From a virus (lineage: Duplodnaviria > Caudoviricetes): DNA of 33,744 nt. This document shows positions 1 to 10,001 of this stretch, piece by piece (the stretch's first letter is position 1; every line of letters begins with the position of its first letter). The position numbers and the translations under genes were made by a program. The notes under the pieces are model-generated. The model did not search any database. It had not been told where the DNA came from and saw only the letters and a list, made by a program, of their open reading frames with translations. The stretch is taken from IMG/VR virus record IMGVR_UViG_3300025635_000095, positions 1 through 33,744 of that record. One strand, 5' to 3'.

Positions 1-1
1 T

Positions 2-127
2 GGCGCGACAGCCGGAACGATCAGCACCGTCTCAACGGCAGCTACCGCAATCGGTGGCATAGCCTCTGCGGCTTCTGGGGTCTTCTCTGCCCTTGGTGCG
101 CTAAGCTCTATCGGCAGCGGTGCGGCA
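2..127. repeat. 126-bp terminal direct repeat (copy 1), most likely an assembly circularisation overlap
   Basis: 2..127 is identical to 33619..33744. Base 1 (T) differs from 33618 (C). The repeat lies inside a CDS. Confidence 0.95.
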
Positions 128-646
128 GCGGTAGCGGCAGGACGCCAACAGCAACAGCTTTACAATATGCAAGCGACACAGGCTGAGATGCAGGGCCGAC
201 AGGCTCAACTCAAAGCGCGGTCGGATGAACTGAAGTATCGCCAGCAAGGTATCGCCGCCCTTGACCGCACTCTCTCTACTGCTGCCACTATTGCCGCTCG
301 CGCTGGCGCTGGCTCTATTGATCCTTTCTCTGGGTCGGCTCAAGCTCTTACGACTTACGCTTTCGGCAAAGGCTTTGGTGAGTTTAATCTTACGCAAGAA
401 AGCGCAGAGCTAATCAGGCAGGGCGGTCTTATGTCTTTGGGCGCGTCTGATATTCAGTCTGACTTGTATCAGATGAGCGGCCAACAAGCTGCCATCGCTG
501 GGTATGCGCGTGGCGCTACGAGTGTCTTCGGCGGGCTTCAGCAACTAAGCCAAATCGGCGGGCCATCGTCTTCAGGGCCAAGTAGTCTTGCATCATATCC
601 AGCGGCAAATGTTCCTTTGCCTCCTGTACGTCCGGCTGGGATTTAA
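2..646 (+). CDS. 3' part of a small Ala/Gly-rich internal virion (ejection) protein that starts at 33583 and wraps the contig end
   Basis: The frame from base 2 (GATAGTISTV...) is open into the 167..646 ORF and matches the frame begun at ATG 33583. Position directly after the nozzle gene and a hydrophobic Ala/Gly N-terminus resemble T7 gp14/P22 gp7-type proteins. Confidence 0.7.
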   Translation, partial: GATAGTISTVSTAATAIGGIASAASGVFSALGALSSIGSGAAAVAAGRQQQQLYNMQATQAEMQGRQAQLKARSDELKYRQQGIAALDRTLSTAATIAARAGAGSIDPFSGSAQALTTYAFGKGFGEFNLTQESAELIRQGGLMSLGASDIQSDLYQMSGQQAAIAGYARGATSVFGGLQQLSQIGGPSSSGPSSLASYPAANVPLPPVRPAGI

Positions 647-649
647 GAA

Positions 650-3082
650 ATGGCACTTCCTCGGTATCAGAATATCGGCGTTCAAGCTGGCGGTTCGATA
701 GACAACTTGCCGCGTATTGACTTCCCCAATCGTGGTGAAGCTACGCGCGGTTTCGATACAATCAGCAATGCTCTTGACATGATGTCAGGAGCTTTCTTCA
801 AAGAAGCGCAGATTGCAGCGACCGAAGAGGGCCGCGTCTATGGCGCTGAAAATGCCCCTAGCCAAGAACAGATTAAGCTTGCTGTTGAAACAGGTACTCC
901 GATTGAGCCTATCGGAGATGCCCGCACCTATTTCGGTAGGGCTGCTCGTGAAGTCTCGACCCGCATTGCAGCGATTGGTGTTGAGGCACAAGCTCAGCAA
1001 GACCTAAAGAGAATTAAAGAAGGCATCTCGACAGGGGCCATTGGCCCATCTGGTGTCATGCCTCAAGTCAATTCTCTTATCCAAGGCTATTCAACAGCAT
1101 TGGGTCAGTTTGATCCTGTGATGGGTCGCAAACTGCAAGCTGAACTAGCTAAAGATGGTAATACTCTGTTCTTGGCTGCTACAGCTAGGGCCGCTGCGGC
1201 TGCGGCTGCGGCTGCAAAAAAGTCAATTACAGATGTTGCAGATGCCAAGCTCGACAACATCAAATATGTGCTTGAGGCAGGGGATCGTGTTATTACGGAC
1301 TCTGATCCTACCGGCGCTCAGCAAGCGGTAACAATGCCCGTCAAGGAGGTTCTTCGTATTGAAGAAGCCAAGCTTGAAAATGTCATTAAAGGTCTGAAGC
1401 CAAACGAACAAGAAAGGTATCGTGAGGCTTGGAGCAAGGAAGTAGTTAAGGGTGTCGATCTTCAGGTTAGCAATGCAATCCTGAATGGAGATGTTGAAGG
1501 CGTGAAGCGCCAACTCGTCTCTGGCGAATACCGCGACCTTCTTAAATCAAAGCCAGAGGCACGCTATACCCTAATCAATAGAATCGAATCGTATGAAAAC
1601 CAAGTAGCGCGTGAACAGCAAGCGCAGCTTCGTGTTGAAGCGGGACGATATACAGACCAGCTAGAAAACGCTGTAGCGGCGCTGAAAGATGGTCGCACTG
1701 ATGTTGATCTCTCTTTCTTCTCGCGTGAGAAGACTGCAAAGCTACTTGGAGAAAGAGCCGATAGCGTCAATATGCAAGTAGAAAGCGCACTTCGGATTAA
1801 CTCTGAAGTGTCAAAGCTCATGTTTGCAACACCGGCTGAGCAGCAAGCCACTGTGCAGCGCATGACCGCAGCCCTAGACCCTAACAGCAAAGAATATACA
1901 ACGCGCCGCGCTGAGCTTGTTTCGATCCAGAACATGATCTCAACGAATCAAGCTGCATTGACAAAAGACCCAGCCCTTTATGTCAACAAGGCACCATCAG
2001 TCCAACAATCATATAGGACTATGCAAGAGGCTCTTGCTGACCCTAACAGCTCTCCAGACCAGCGCCGCATAGCGATTGATAACTATGCTCGGGCAAGCCT
2101 TGATATGCAAACATATCTTGGTGTCCCGGCTCCGAATCGCGCTATTCTGCCCCAGCAAGCCGTTGATACTCTTGCTCTTGAGATCACTGGCCGTATGAAC
2201 TCTGGTGAGAATGTTGCTGGTATTATCCAGTCTCAGGCAAACTATTGGGGGCCTGATTATTGGCCTGTCATTGAGAAGCAGCTCATTGACAATAAGTTCC
2301 CAAGAGAAGTGTCGGTTGTGTCGAATATGCTCAACTTCGGTCAGCGTAATGCTGCATTTGAGCTTGCGTCGGCATTGCAGACGGATGAGAAGAAGAAGGT
2401 CGATAGCTACATCTCGACGGTCCCAGATGCTAATCGTGACATCAAAGACCAGACAGCTTCTAAACTTACTGAGTTCCAGCGCAGCTTGCAGTTTCGCGTT
2501 GGTGGCCCAGAGCAGTTTAACGCCTACTCTACATCTGTAGAAACACTTGCAAAACGGTACATATTCAATACGGGGTCTTCTGCTAAAGACGCGGTTGAGC
2601 GTGCATATAAAGATATTATTGGCAACGCTTACCAGTTCACGACAACTTCTCGTGAAGCGATCCGTATTCCGAATCTTGTCAATGGAAGGCCAAACGATAT
2701 TACGCCAGATGTTGTATCGTTCGGGATCAATACAGCAAGAAACACGCTTGAGAAGTATCCGCTTGCCCAGCCTAAAAGCATATCTGGGCTAAAGCCTGAT
2801 GAGATTATGCGCCAATATGTATCGAGCCTTAAATCATTCGGTAGGTTTGTAACCAATTCGGATGAGACTGGCGTGAACATCATTGACGCTGACGGCTATG
2901 CTGTGAAGGTTGTCGATCCTGAGTCAAAGGCAGAGCGCGTTCTTAATCTGTCATGGAACGAATTGAAACTGCTTAGCTCTCAAGAGCTAGAAGCCAGAGC
3001 GCAGCAAGCGGCACAGCGCCGTAGGCAGGAAACAACCCAACCATCTATTGCACCTTCGTTCCGTCTCCCGACGAATAGGTAA
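650..3082 (+). CDS. internal virion/ejection protein (810 aa)
   Basis: Long Ala/Gln-rich, probably helical ORF between nozzle and tail fibre, the syntenic position of podovirus core proteins. No catalytic motif recognised. Confidence 0.65.
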   Translation: MALPRYQNIGVQAGGSIDNLPRIDFPNRGEATRGFDTISNALDMMSGAFFKEAQIAATEEGRVYGAENAPSQEQIKLAVETGTPIEPIGDARTYFGRAAREVSTRIAAIGVEAQAQQDLKRIKEGISTGAIGPSGVMPQVNSLIQGYSTALGQFDPVMGRKLQAELAKDGNTLFLAATARAAAAAAAAAKKSITDVADAKLDNIKYVLEAGDRVITDSDPTGAQQAVTMPVKEVLRIEEAKLENVIKGLKPNEQERYREAWSKEVVKGVDLQVSNAILNGDVEGVKRQLVSGEYRDLLKSKPEARYTLINRIESYENQVAREQQAQLRVEAGRYTDQLENAVAALKDGRTDVDLSFFSREKTAKLLGERADSVNMQVESALRINSEVSKLMFATPAEQQATVQRMTAALDPNSKEYTTRRAELVSIQNMISTNQAALTKDPALYVNKAPSVQQSYRTMQEALADPNSSPDQRRIAIDNYARASLDMQTYLGVPAPNRAILPQQAVDTLALEITGRMNSGENVAGIIQSQANYWGPDYWPVIEKQLIDNKFPREVSVVSNMLNFGQRNAAFELASALQTDEKKKVDSYISTVPDANRDIKDQTASKLTEFQRSLQFRVGGPEQFNAYSTSVETLAKRYIFNTGSSAKDAVERAYKDIIGNAYQFTTTSREAIRIPNLVNGRPNDITPDVVSFGINTARNTLEKYPLAQPKSISGLKPDEIMRQYVSSLKSFGRFVTNSDETGVNIIDADGYAVKVVDPESKAERVLNLSWNELKLLSSQELEARAQQAAQRRRQETTQPSIAPSFRLPTNR

Positions 3083-3086
3083 GAAG

Positions 3087-4808
3087 ATGCCGATATATAC
3101 ACAGGCTAACGAGGCCACCAGATATATTGAGGAGATGCCACTTGGCACAGGTGAAGTCGTATCTGCGACGATTTCGGAGACTCTGCGGTTTAGTCCCACT
3201 GCTTCTTTATTTCGTGGTGGTGAGCAGCTTTATTCTGATTACGTCGAACAATCGCCCCTCATCGACGCAGAGACAGCTCGAAAAAGAGTGGAGCAAGAAG
3301 GTCTTAAACTCACAATCCCAGATGACGGAATTAAGGAGAATGTTCTCAACATTCTGATGGAGCGTAAGTATGAAGAGAACAGGCTTAAAGGGATTATTGA
3401 ACGTGGCCCTGATGGGTTTGCGGCTGGCCTAGCAACATTCGGCGCTTCTATTGGCGCAAGTCTGCTTGACCCGATTAACGTGGCATCTGCATTTATTCCT
3501 ATTTATGGGCAAGCTAGATATACCTCTATGCTCAGCAATGCGGCTGGTGCGTTGGGTAGGGCTGGCGTTCGCGCTCGTGTCGGTGCGGTTGAAGGTCTTG
3601 CCGGTGTCGCCCTTGTAGAACCAATCGTTTATGCCACCGCTCAATATGAGCAAGCCGACTATGGCATGACTGATTCGCTGGAGGCTTTGGCTTTCGGCAC
3701 AATCTTTGGTGGCGGTCTGCACATGGGCGTTGGCGCTCTTGCCGATGCTTTTCGCCGTACAGGGTCAACGCTTACGGCTAAGCCGGATGGCACTGTCGCA
3801 AAGATTCTTAACTCTCTTGAGCCGGAAACCCGCTCCGATGTTATGCGTGGCGCTGTCGGGCAAGTCTTGTCCGGTCGGCAGATTGACATTGAGGCCCGTC
3901 TTCGGATGGACCCTCTATTCCAGAATGTCACAACCCGCGCATTGGAAACGACAAGCCTTACGCCTCTTACTCGGTTTGAGCCACCGCCGGTTACGGGGCT
4001 AAGCACGCCTGAGATAGCTCTGAATAGTGCTGTCAATCCTACGCTGGTTGAGCCACCTATTCGAGTAACGACCGGCGCTATGGATAGTGCTGGCGAAATC
4101 CCTGTCTATCAGACGGTCCGTGAAGCGGAGCGCATCCAGCAAAAGGTTCTGAAAAACCGCGATGAGCAGCTAGAGATCAAGCAGCTACCTGATGGCACAT
4201 ATACCTTAATCCGTCCGTATGATGCCCAGCCTGTCCGCAATCCTGATGGGACGCCATTATCTTTTGTTACAGAGCGTGCAGCAAACAAAGCAGCTAAGTC
4301 GATCACAGAGCTAAAGGACCGCAACCTCACTCCTGTTGCCTTTATGGAAAACGGCGAGATGAAGTTTGCTCTGGTTGAGAACGCGCCAAAAGGTATGGCT
4401 GATGCCGCCAAACGCAATCCAGAACTGGTCGATCTCGGCGTAGCGATGGATCGCAGCATCAATGCTGAATCTAAGCTCATTGATGAAGATGTTGCTAGGA
4501 ATAAAGTCCAGAAAGCTTACGAGCGGATGCGCGAATCTTACCGCGCAGAGAACATGCGTATGGCAGATATGGAAGCTGTCAGGGCTGTCGATGAGACTTA
4601 TGCCAAGGCAATGGCGGCTGAAAGAACAGATACCATCGTAGATGATCTTGACGCCATTATTGAAGAAACTCGTAGGGTCGGTGACGCTCTTGGCTTGCGA
4701 GCTGAGCTTGATGCTGAACTGGCTAAGTTCGATGATCTTATTCAGGATGCAGATGCTGTTGGTCGGGCTTTTGAAGCTGCGGCTTCATGCGGCTTGCGTA
4801 GGGGTTAA
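3087..4808 (+). CDS. internal virion/ejection protein
   Basis: Start placed at ATG 3087 (MPIYTQ), just after the upstream stop. Has the hydrophobic Gly/Ala segment LLDPINVASAFIP...FGTIFGGGLH typical of BPP-1/epsilon15-like core proteins. Synteny. Confidence 0.65.
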   Translation: MPIYTQANEATRYIEEMPLGTGEVVSATISETLRFSPTASLFRGGEQLYSDYVEQSPLIDAETARKRVEQEGLKLTIPDDGIKENVLNILMERKYEENRLKGIIERGPDGFAAGLATFGASIGASLLDPINVASAFIPIYGQARYTSMLSNAAGALGRAGVRARVGAVEGLAGVALVEPIVYATAQYEQADYGMTDSLEALAFGTIFGGGLHMGVGALADAFRRTGSTLTAKPDGTVAKILNSLEPETRSDVMRGAVGQVLSGRQIDIEARLRMDPLFQNVTTRALETTSLTPLTRFEPPPVTGLSTPEIALNSAVNPTLVEPPIRVTTGAMDSAGEIPVYQTVREAERIQQKVLKNRDEQLEIKQLPDGTYTLIRPYDAQPVRNPDGTPLSFVTERAANKAAKSITELKDRNLTPVAFMENGEMKFALVENAPKGMADAAKRNPELVDLGVAMDRSINAESKLIDEDVARNKVQKAYERMRESYRAENMRMADMEAVRAVDETYAKAMAAERTDTIVDDLDAIIEETRRVGDALGLRAELDAELAKFDDLIQDADAVGRAFEAAASCGLRRG

Positions 4809-4810
4809 AG

Positions 4811-7333
4811 ATGGCTTGGCAGGATTGTGTATCTGAGATCGAAGCGGCGGCTGGCCGGAAGTTCACTGACGATGAGATGATTGAATTGCAGACCGCATTA
4901 CAGCGCCGGATAAAGCTGGCGCAAGCGGATGCTATCCTTCAGACATCAGATGAAGTTGCGGCAAGCGTGGCTAAAGACTTGGCGGCACAGGTCAAGCGAG
5001 CGGCCTTCATTGAGAAGCGCAATGCTGCATTGGCTCTCCGCAAGGGTGCTGAGCTATATGACTTCCTAAAAACCAACTTCCCCAATGACATTGGGACAGG
5101 GCTTCAAGCTGCTACTGTTGGCACCAACATGGTCCGCGAAGGCTCACGCTTTAGCGCGGCAGCTCAACAGAAGGAATTGCTGGTCCGGTATATGGGCGGG
5201 TTCTTAACTGAACTTGAACGGGCTAATGTGCTTAAGATCGTTAAGGACGGATCGCTTGACCGCGATGTGGCACGCGCCCTGTTTGCCATTGATAACCCTA
5301 ACGCGCCTCGATACAGCGGCCCTGAAGAAGCCAAGACGGTTGCAGACATTCTGCACAAGTATCAGGAAACTATTCGCAAGCACTACAATGATGCTGGCGC
5401 TGATATTCGTAAAGAAGTTGGCTACATCGTTAAGCAGTCGCATGACTCTGACAAGATTAGGACGGCTGGCTTCGAGGAATGGAAAAAGGATATTCTTCCT
5501 AGACTCGACATGCAGCGCACCTTTGCTGATGGCCGCGACCCAGATCAGGCTCTGGAAGAGATTTATAAGAACATCATCTCCGGCGTTCATCTTAAAGCCA
5601 GAGACGAGATCACAGGCTTCAAGGGCGGCACCATGAACCTTGGCAAGCGGGCAAGTGCTGACCGCGTGCTTCACTTCAGGGATGCTGATGCTTGGTTCGA
5701 TTACAACGCTCGCTTCGGCATTGGCGGCTTGATGGACACTGCCCTTCGGCAGATGGAAATCTCTGCTCAGAATATCGGGCTGATGCGGAAGTTCGGGCCT
5801 AACCCGCGCGATGTCTATAATCGCACTGTGGACCGGATTCTGAAAGATAAGAACGTCGATCCAGACGTTAAGGCAAAGCTGTCTGACCAACTCAAGCCGG
5901 GGCGTATGCTATCTCATTACATGGATGAGATTGATGGCAGCACCCGCATCCCATCTAATAGCCTTGCCGCCCAAATCTCTGGGTCGGTTCGATCTGTCCA
6001 GAATATGTCAAAGCTTGGTGGCGCTCTAATCTCATCCGCCCAAGACCTTGTGACCATTGCGGCTGAGGTCAACTATCAGAATGGCGGCGGCATCTTTAGG
6101 AATATGGCTAATACGCTTGGCGAACTTGTCAGAGGCAAGAGCCGCGCGGAAGCCCGTGAGATTGTCGAATCTCTACCTGTTATGTTTGAGAGCATGTCTA
6201 ACGGCATCTCCCAACGCTTTGACCCAGCCGACAACATTCCCGGTGCCGTGTCCCGCCTTCAGCAACTGTTCTTTAAGGCTAACGGTCTGACATGGTGGAC
6301 TGAGAACACCCGTGCTGCGGCAGTGAAGACATTCGCCCATCATGCAGCCACCCATGCGGGAAAGAACTTTGATGAGCTTCCCAAAGAGTTTAGCCGCGTC
6401 ATGTCGCTTTACGGCATTGATGCTGGCAAGTGGGACATCATCCGGTCTGTCCCTCAGAAGATGGCTGACGGGCGTAACTACCTGACGCCAGATGGATTGC
6501 GCGATGTGCCGGATGATACGATCCGTAGCTATCTGACAAGCCTCGATAAGAAGCCGACAGATTATAACGTCCGGCAGATGCGGGAAGAAATCATCTCTCA
6601 GTTCCGCACCTACTTCAATGATCGCGGCAGCTTTGCGGTCCTAGAGCCGGATGCCCAAACTAAGGCGCTTCTTGGTCAAGGGACAAGGCCGGGAACCTTT
6701 ATGGGCGAGATGATGCGTATGTTCGCCCAATTCAAATCATTCCCGGTAGCCTTTGGGCAGAAGGTTATTGGCCGTGAGCTTTATGGTCGTGGCTCCGATA
6801 CGCTGTCTTCGGCGCTCAAAAACACCAATGGCGAGATGCTTGGCCTAGCCCAGCTCTTCATCTGGTCAACGGTATTCGGCTACGGCATCTTGCAAGCCAA
6901 AGAAATGCTGAAGGGCCGTGGGCCTAGAGTGCCAGAAGATATGGCAGATTATCTGAAGCTTACCCAAGCGGCGATGCTGCAAGGCGGTGGCCTTGGTATC
7001 TATGGCGATTTCTTGTTTGGCGAGATGAAGAACCGCTATGGGCAGACGCCTGTATCAAACTTGCTTGGCCCAACAGTCGGAACGGTCAATGACATTTTTG
7101 ATCTCTACGGCAGGGTCAAGGCTGGCGATGATGCTGCCGGACAAGCGGTCAGGGTCATCCTTAACAATACCCCCTTCTATAACCTGTTCTATGCCAAGCC
7201 TGTCTTTGACTACTTGGTAGTCTATCGGATGCAGGAGGCCATTAACCCCGGCTATCTGCGGCGTATGGAAGAGCGTATCCAGAAGGAAAACAACACTACC
7301 TTTATGTTCCCGCCAAGTCAGATCATCCAATGA
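4811..7333 (+). CDS. large internal virion/ejection protein (840 aa)
   Basis: Motifs GYIVKQSHD, RVLHFRDADAW, QFKSFP, GGGLGIYGDFLF and LLGPTVG resemble the last large core protein of epsilon15/BPP-1-like podoviruses. Lies immediately before the tail fibre. Confidence 0.7.
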   Translation: MAWQDCVSEIEAAAGRKFTDDEMIELQTALQRRIKLAQADAILQTSDEVAASVAKDLAAQVKRAAFIEKRNAALALRKGAELYDFLKTNFPNDIGTGLQAATVGTNMVREGSRFSAAAQQKELLVRYMGGFLTELERANVLKIVKDGSLDRDVARALFAIDNPNAPRYSGPEEAKTVADILHKYQETIRKHYNDAGADIRKEVGYIVKQSHDSDKIRTAGFEEWKKDILPRLDMQRTFADGRDPDQALEEIYKNIISGVHLKARDEITGFKGGTMNLGKRASADRVLHFRDADAWFDYNARFGIGGLMDTALRQMEISAQNIGLMRKFGPNPRDVYNRTVDRILKDKNVDPDVKAKLSDQLKPGRMLSHYMDEIDGSTRIPSNSLAAQISGSVRSVQNMSKLGGALISSAQDLVTIAAEVNYQNGGGIFRNMANTLGELVRGKSRAEAREIVESLPVMFESMSNGISQRFDPADNIPGAVSRLQQLFFKANGLTWWTENTRAAAVKTFAHHAATHAGKNFDELPKEFSRVMSLYGIDAGKWDIIRSVPQKMADGRNYLTPDGLRDVPDDTIRSYLTSLDKKPTDYNVRQMREEIISQFRTYFNDRGSFAVLEPDAQTKALLGQGTRPGTFMGEMMRMFAQFKSFPVAFGQKVIGRELYGRGSDTLSSALKNTNGEMLGLAQLFIWSTVFGYGILQAKEMLKGRGPRVPEDMADYLKLTQAAMLQGGGLGIYGDFLFGEMKNRYGQTPVSNLLGPTVGTVNDIFDLYGRVKAGDDAAGQAVRVILNNTPFYNLFYAKPVFDYLVVYRMQEAINPGYLRRMEERIQKENNTTFMFPPSQIIQ

Positions 7334-7339
7334 CGATGT

Positions 7340-7368
7340 TTGCCAGAAGTAGGGAAAATCAGTATAAG
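7340..7368 (+). promoter_or_regulatory. putative sigma70-type promoter for tail fibre and lysis genes
   Basis: TTGCCA-N17-TATAAG in the only sizeable gap of this operon. GAGG RBS precedes ATG 7388. Confidence 0.5.
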
Positions 7369-7387
7369 TTCTTGAGCGAGGTATGGC

Positions 7388-10000
7388 ATGGCTGACTACA
7401 ACATCACTGCCGTAACACGGCGTAAAGTCTTCTCCGGCTCGGCGGGTGTTGGGCCGTATGCCTTTACCTTCCCGATTCTTACCCAGACCGATATCGTGGT
7501 CTATAAGAACTCGACTAAGCTGACCCTTACGACCGACTATACTGTTACGATCAACGGCACAAACGGCACCGGCTCTGTAACTTTAGTTGTAGCCGCGACA
7601 GGTTCTGACACCATCACGATCATTGGTTCACGCGCTATCCAGCGCACCACTGACTTTGTGACGGCTGGCGATCTGGCGGCATCTTCTCTGAACGAGCAGC
7701 TTGATGGCCTGACCATCATGGTCCAACAGCTTGCCGAAGAGAACAAGCGCACCATGAAGGCTCCGCCCTATGACCCTGAAGCGGTCGATGATGGCGGCAT
7801 CCTGAATATGCAGCTCCCAACCAAGGCCAACCGTGCTGGTAAGGTCTTGGCCTTTGATACGGATGGCAATCCTGCGGCTGGTTCTATCTCCCTCCCATCC
7901 AGCCTGACAGCCACTTACTACCCCCGCGTGAACACGGGTGGCACGGCTTATGAGCTGCGGTCCCCGGCCTCTGTTCGGGCGGACATTGGCGCTGATGATG
8001 CCAGCAACCTGACCAGCGGCACGGTCTCTGATTCGCGTCTCCCGGCTACTATGGCTGGCAAGACGCTGACCAGCGTGACCATCTCCAGCGGCACGATCAC
8101 AGGCATCACAGACCTTGCGATCGCGGACGGCGGCACGGGCGCTTCGACGGCAGCTAATGCTAGAACCAACCTTGGCCTAGCGATTGGCACAGACGTCCAA
8201 GCCTATGACCCCCAGCTTACGGATGTGGCTGGCCTGACACCGGGCGATGGGAACTTCATCGTTGGTGATGGCACGAACTTCATCACTGAGTCTGGCGCTA
8301 CTGCTCGCACATCGCTGGGTCTTGGCTCCATTGCGACCCAAGATGCCAACAATGTCACGATTACGGGCGGCTCTATCAGCGGCGTGACGTTTGCCTATAC
8401 GACGCCCCTTGCGATTCCCGGCACATCTTCTTCGACGGGCGAGATTCGTCTGGCTGAAGACACTGACAATGGCACGAACTATGTGGGCCTGAAGGCTCCG
8501 GCTTCGATCACGGCCAATCTGTCATGGACTCTTCCGGCAGCGGATGGTTTGTCCGGACAATTCCTTGGGACTGATGGAAGCGGAACTCTGTCGTGGTCAA
8601 CGCCTTCTGGTGCTGGTGATGTGGTCGGTGCTGCATCTTCGACAGACAATGCTCTTGCACGCTTTGACGGCACAAGCGGCAAGGCTATCCAGAACTCTGG
8701 CGCAACGCTTTCTGATACAGGCGTTCTTACGGTTACAGAGGTTTCGACTGATACAATCAGCGAAAAGACTGCGGCGGCTGGTGTAACCATTGATGGAGTT
8801 CTCCTAAAAGACTCCGCTGTAACCACAGATACTATTAACGAAAAGACTGCGGCGGCTGGCGTCACTGTCGATGGCGTTCTGTTAAAAGATTCTCAAGTCA
8901 GCACTGACACGATTAATGAAAAGACATCGGCTGCTGGCGTAACTATTGATGGTGTTCTTCTCAAAGATAGCGCGGTTACGACTGACACAATCAATGAGAA
9001 AACATCTGCTTCTGGTGTGACGATTGACAGCGTGCTTATGAAAGATGGCACGGTTGTCATGTCTTCTCCGTTCGCCATGCGGAATAAGATCATCAATGGC
9101 GCGATGGAAATAGATCAGCGCAATGCGGGGGCGAGTGTAACAGGGTCTTCATCAACAAATGTGTTCCCTGTTGATCGCTGGTTTAATACAAGCACTCAAA
9201 ACAGCAAGCTTACACTTCAGCAGAACTCAGGTAGCGTTACTCCTCCAGCTGGATTCAAAAACTATGTTGGGGTTGTTTCCTCCTCCGCATATTCAGTTTT
9301 GACTGGTGATGCCTTTGCTCTTTCTCACCGCATTGAAGGCTATAATGTTGCTGATTTTGGATTTGGAACAGCTACCCCTTCAACAGTAACTTTGTCTTTT
9401 TGGGTTCGCTCAAGTTTGACAGGGACATTTGGTGGTGCGTTTGGCAATAATGCGATCAATAGGTCGTATCCATTTACATACACAATTAACTCCGCAAATA
9501 CTTGGGAGCAAAAAACCATAACGATTACCGGAGACACGACCGGAACTTGGGAAACAACAAACTCAACTGGTCTTTCAATATATTTTGGTCTTGGTGCAGG
9601 ATCAACATATAGCGGAACAGCGGGGGTTTGGGCAGGAGCAGCGTATCTTACGGCAACAGGCGCAACATCAGTCGTAGGCACCAACGGCGCAACCTTCTAC
9701 ATCACAGGCGTCCAGCTAGAAGTAGGCTCAGTCGCCACGCCATTTGAGCGGAGGCTCTACACCACAGAATTGCAGCTTGCACAACGCTATTATCAGAAAG
9801 CATCCGGCAACCAATACAGCAGCTATGGCGCAACATATAACTATGTTCAGTGGTATTTCAAAGTGACAATGCGGGCATCACCAACACTTACAGGCGCGAC
9901 AGGAACTAGCGGCTCACTCACAGCAGATTTCGCATCAGTGTGGACATCGGGCAGTGCTTACGCAAGTTTCAGTGATGCGACAGCTACAGCGGAGCTTTGA
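7388..10000 (+). CDS. tail fibre protein
   Basis: T7 gp17-like N-terminal anchor (PYAFTFPI...TLTTDYTV...LNEQLDGLTIMVQQL), Thr/Gly-rich shaft with GGTGASTAANARTNLGL motif, internal repeats, and C-terminal NKIINGAMEIDQRN...GVQLEVGSVATPFERR domain. Confidence 0.9.
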   Translation: MADYNITAVTRRKVFSGSAGVGPYAFTFPILTQTDIVVYKNSTKLTLTTDYTVTINGTNGTGSVTLVVAATGSDTITIIGSRAIQRTTDFVTAGDLAASSLNEQLDGLTIMVQQLAEENKRTMKAPPYDPEAVDDGGILNMQLPTKANRAGKVLAFDTDGNPAAGSISLPSSLTATYYPRVNTGGTAYELRSPASVRADIGADDASNLTSGTVSDSRLPATMAGKTLTSVTISSGTITGITDLAIADGGTGASTAANARTNLGLAIGTDVQAYDPQLTDVAGLTPGDGNFIVGDGTNFITESGATARTSLGLGSIATQDANNVTITGGSISGVTFAYTTPLAIPGTSSSTGEIRLAEDTDNGTNYVGLKAPASITANLSWTLPAADGLSGQFLGTDGSGTLSWSTPSGAGDVVGAASSTDNALARFDGTSGKAIQNSGATLSDTGVLTVTEVSTDTISEKTAAAGVTIDGVLLKDSAVTTDTINEKTAAAGVTVDGVLLKDSQVSTDTINEKTSAAGVTIDGVLLKDSAVTTDTINEKTSASGVTIDSVLMKDGTVVMSSPFAMRNKIINGAMEIDQRNAGASVTGSSSTNVFPVDRWFNTSTQNSKLTLQQNSGSVTPPAGFKNYVGVVSSSAYSVLTGDAFALSHRIEGYNVADFGFGTATPSTVTLSFWVRSSLTGTFGGAFGNNAINRSYPFTYTINSANTWEQKTITITGDTTGTWETTNSTGLSIYFGLGAGSTYSGTAGVWAGAAYLTATGATSVVGTNGATFYITGVQLEVGSVATPFERRLYTTELQLAQRYYQKASGNQYSSYGATYNYVQWYFKVTMRASPTLTGATGTSGSLTADFASVWTSGSAYASFSDATATAEL
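8741..9052 (+). repeat. four tandem 78-bp (26-aa) repeats in the tail fibre
   Basis: V(S/T)TDTI(S/N)EKT(A/S)A(A/S)GVT(I/V)D(G/S)VL(L/M)KD units start at 8741, 8819, 8897 and 8975. Confidence 0.9.
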
Positions 10001-10001
10001 T

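Noticed and set aside
5204-5890. 228-aa antisense ORF within the large ejection protein
   Set aside because: Same shadow-frame explanation, with no independent support.
9780-10000. Possible diversity-generating retroelement variable region at the fibre C-terminus (many TAY/AGC/AAC codons, BPP-1-like virion genes)
   Set aside because: No reverse transcriptase ORF and no second template copy of this segment were seen in the apparently complete genome. Only action in trans would remain, and nothing supports it.
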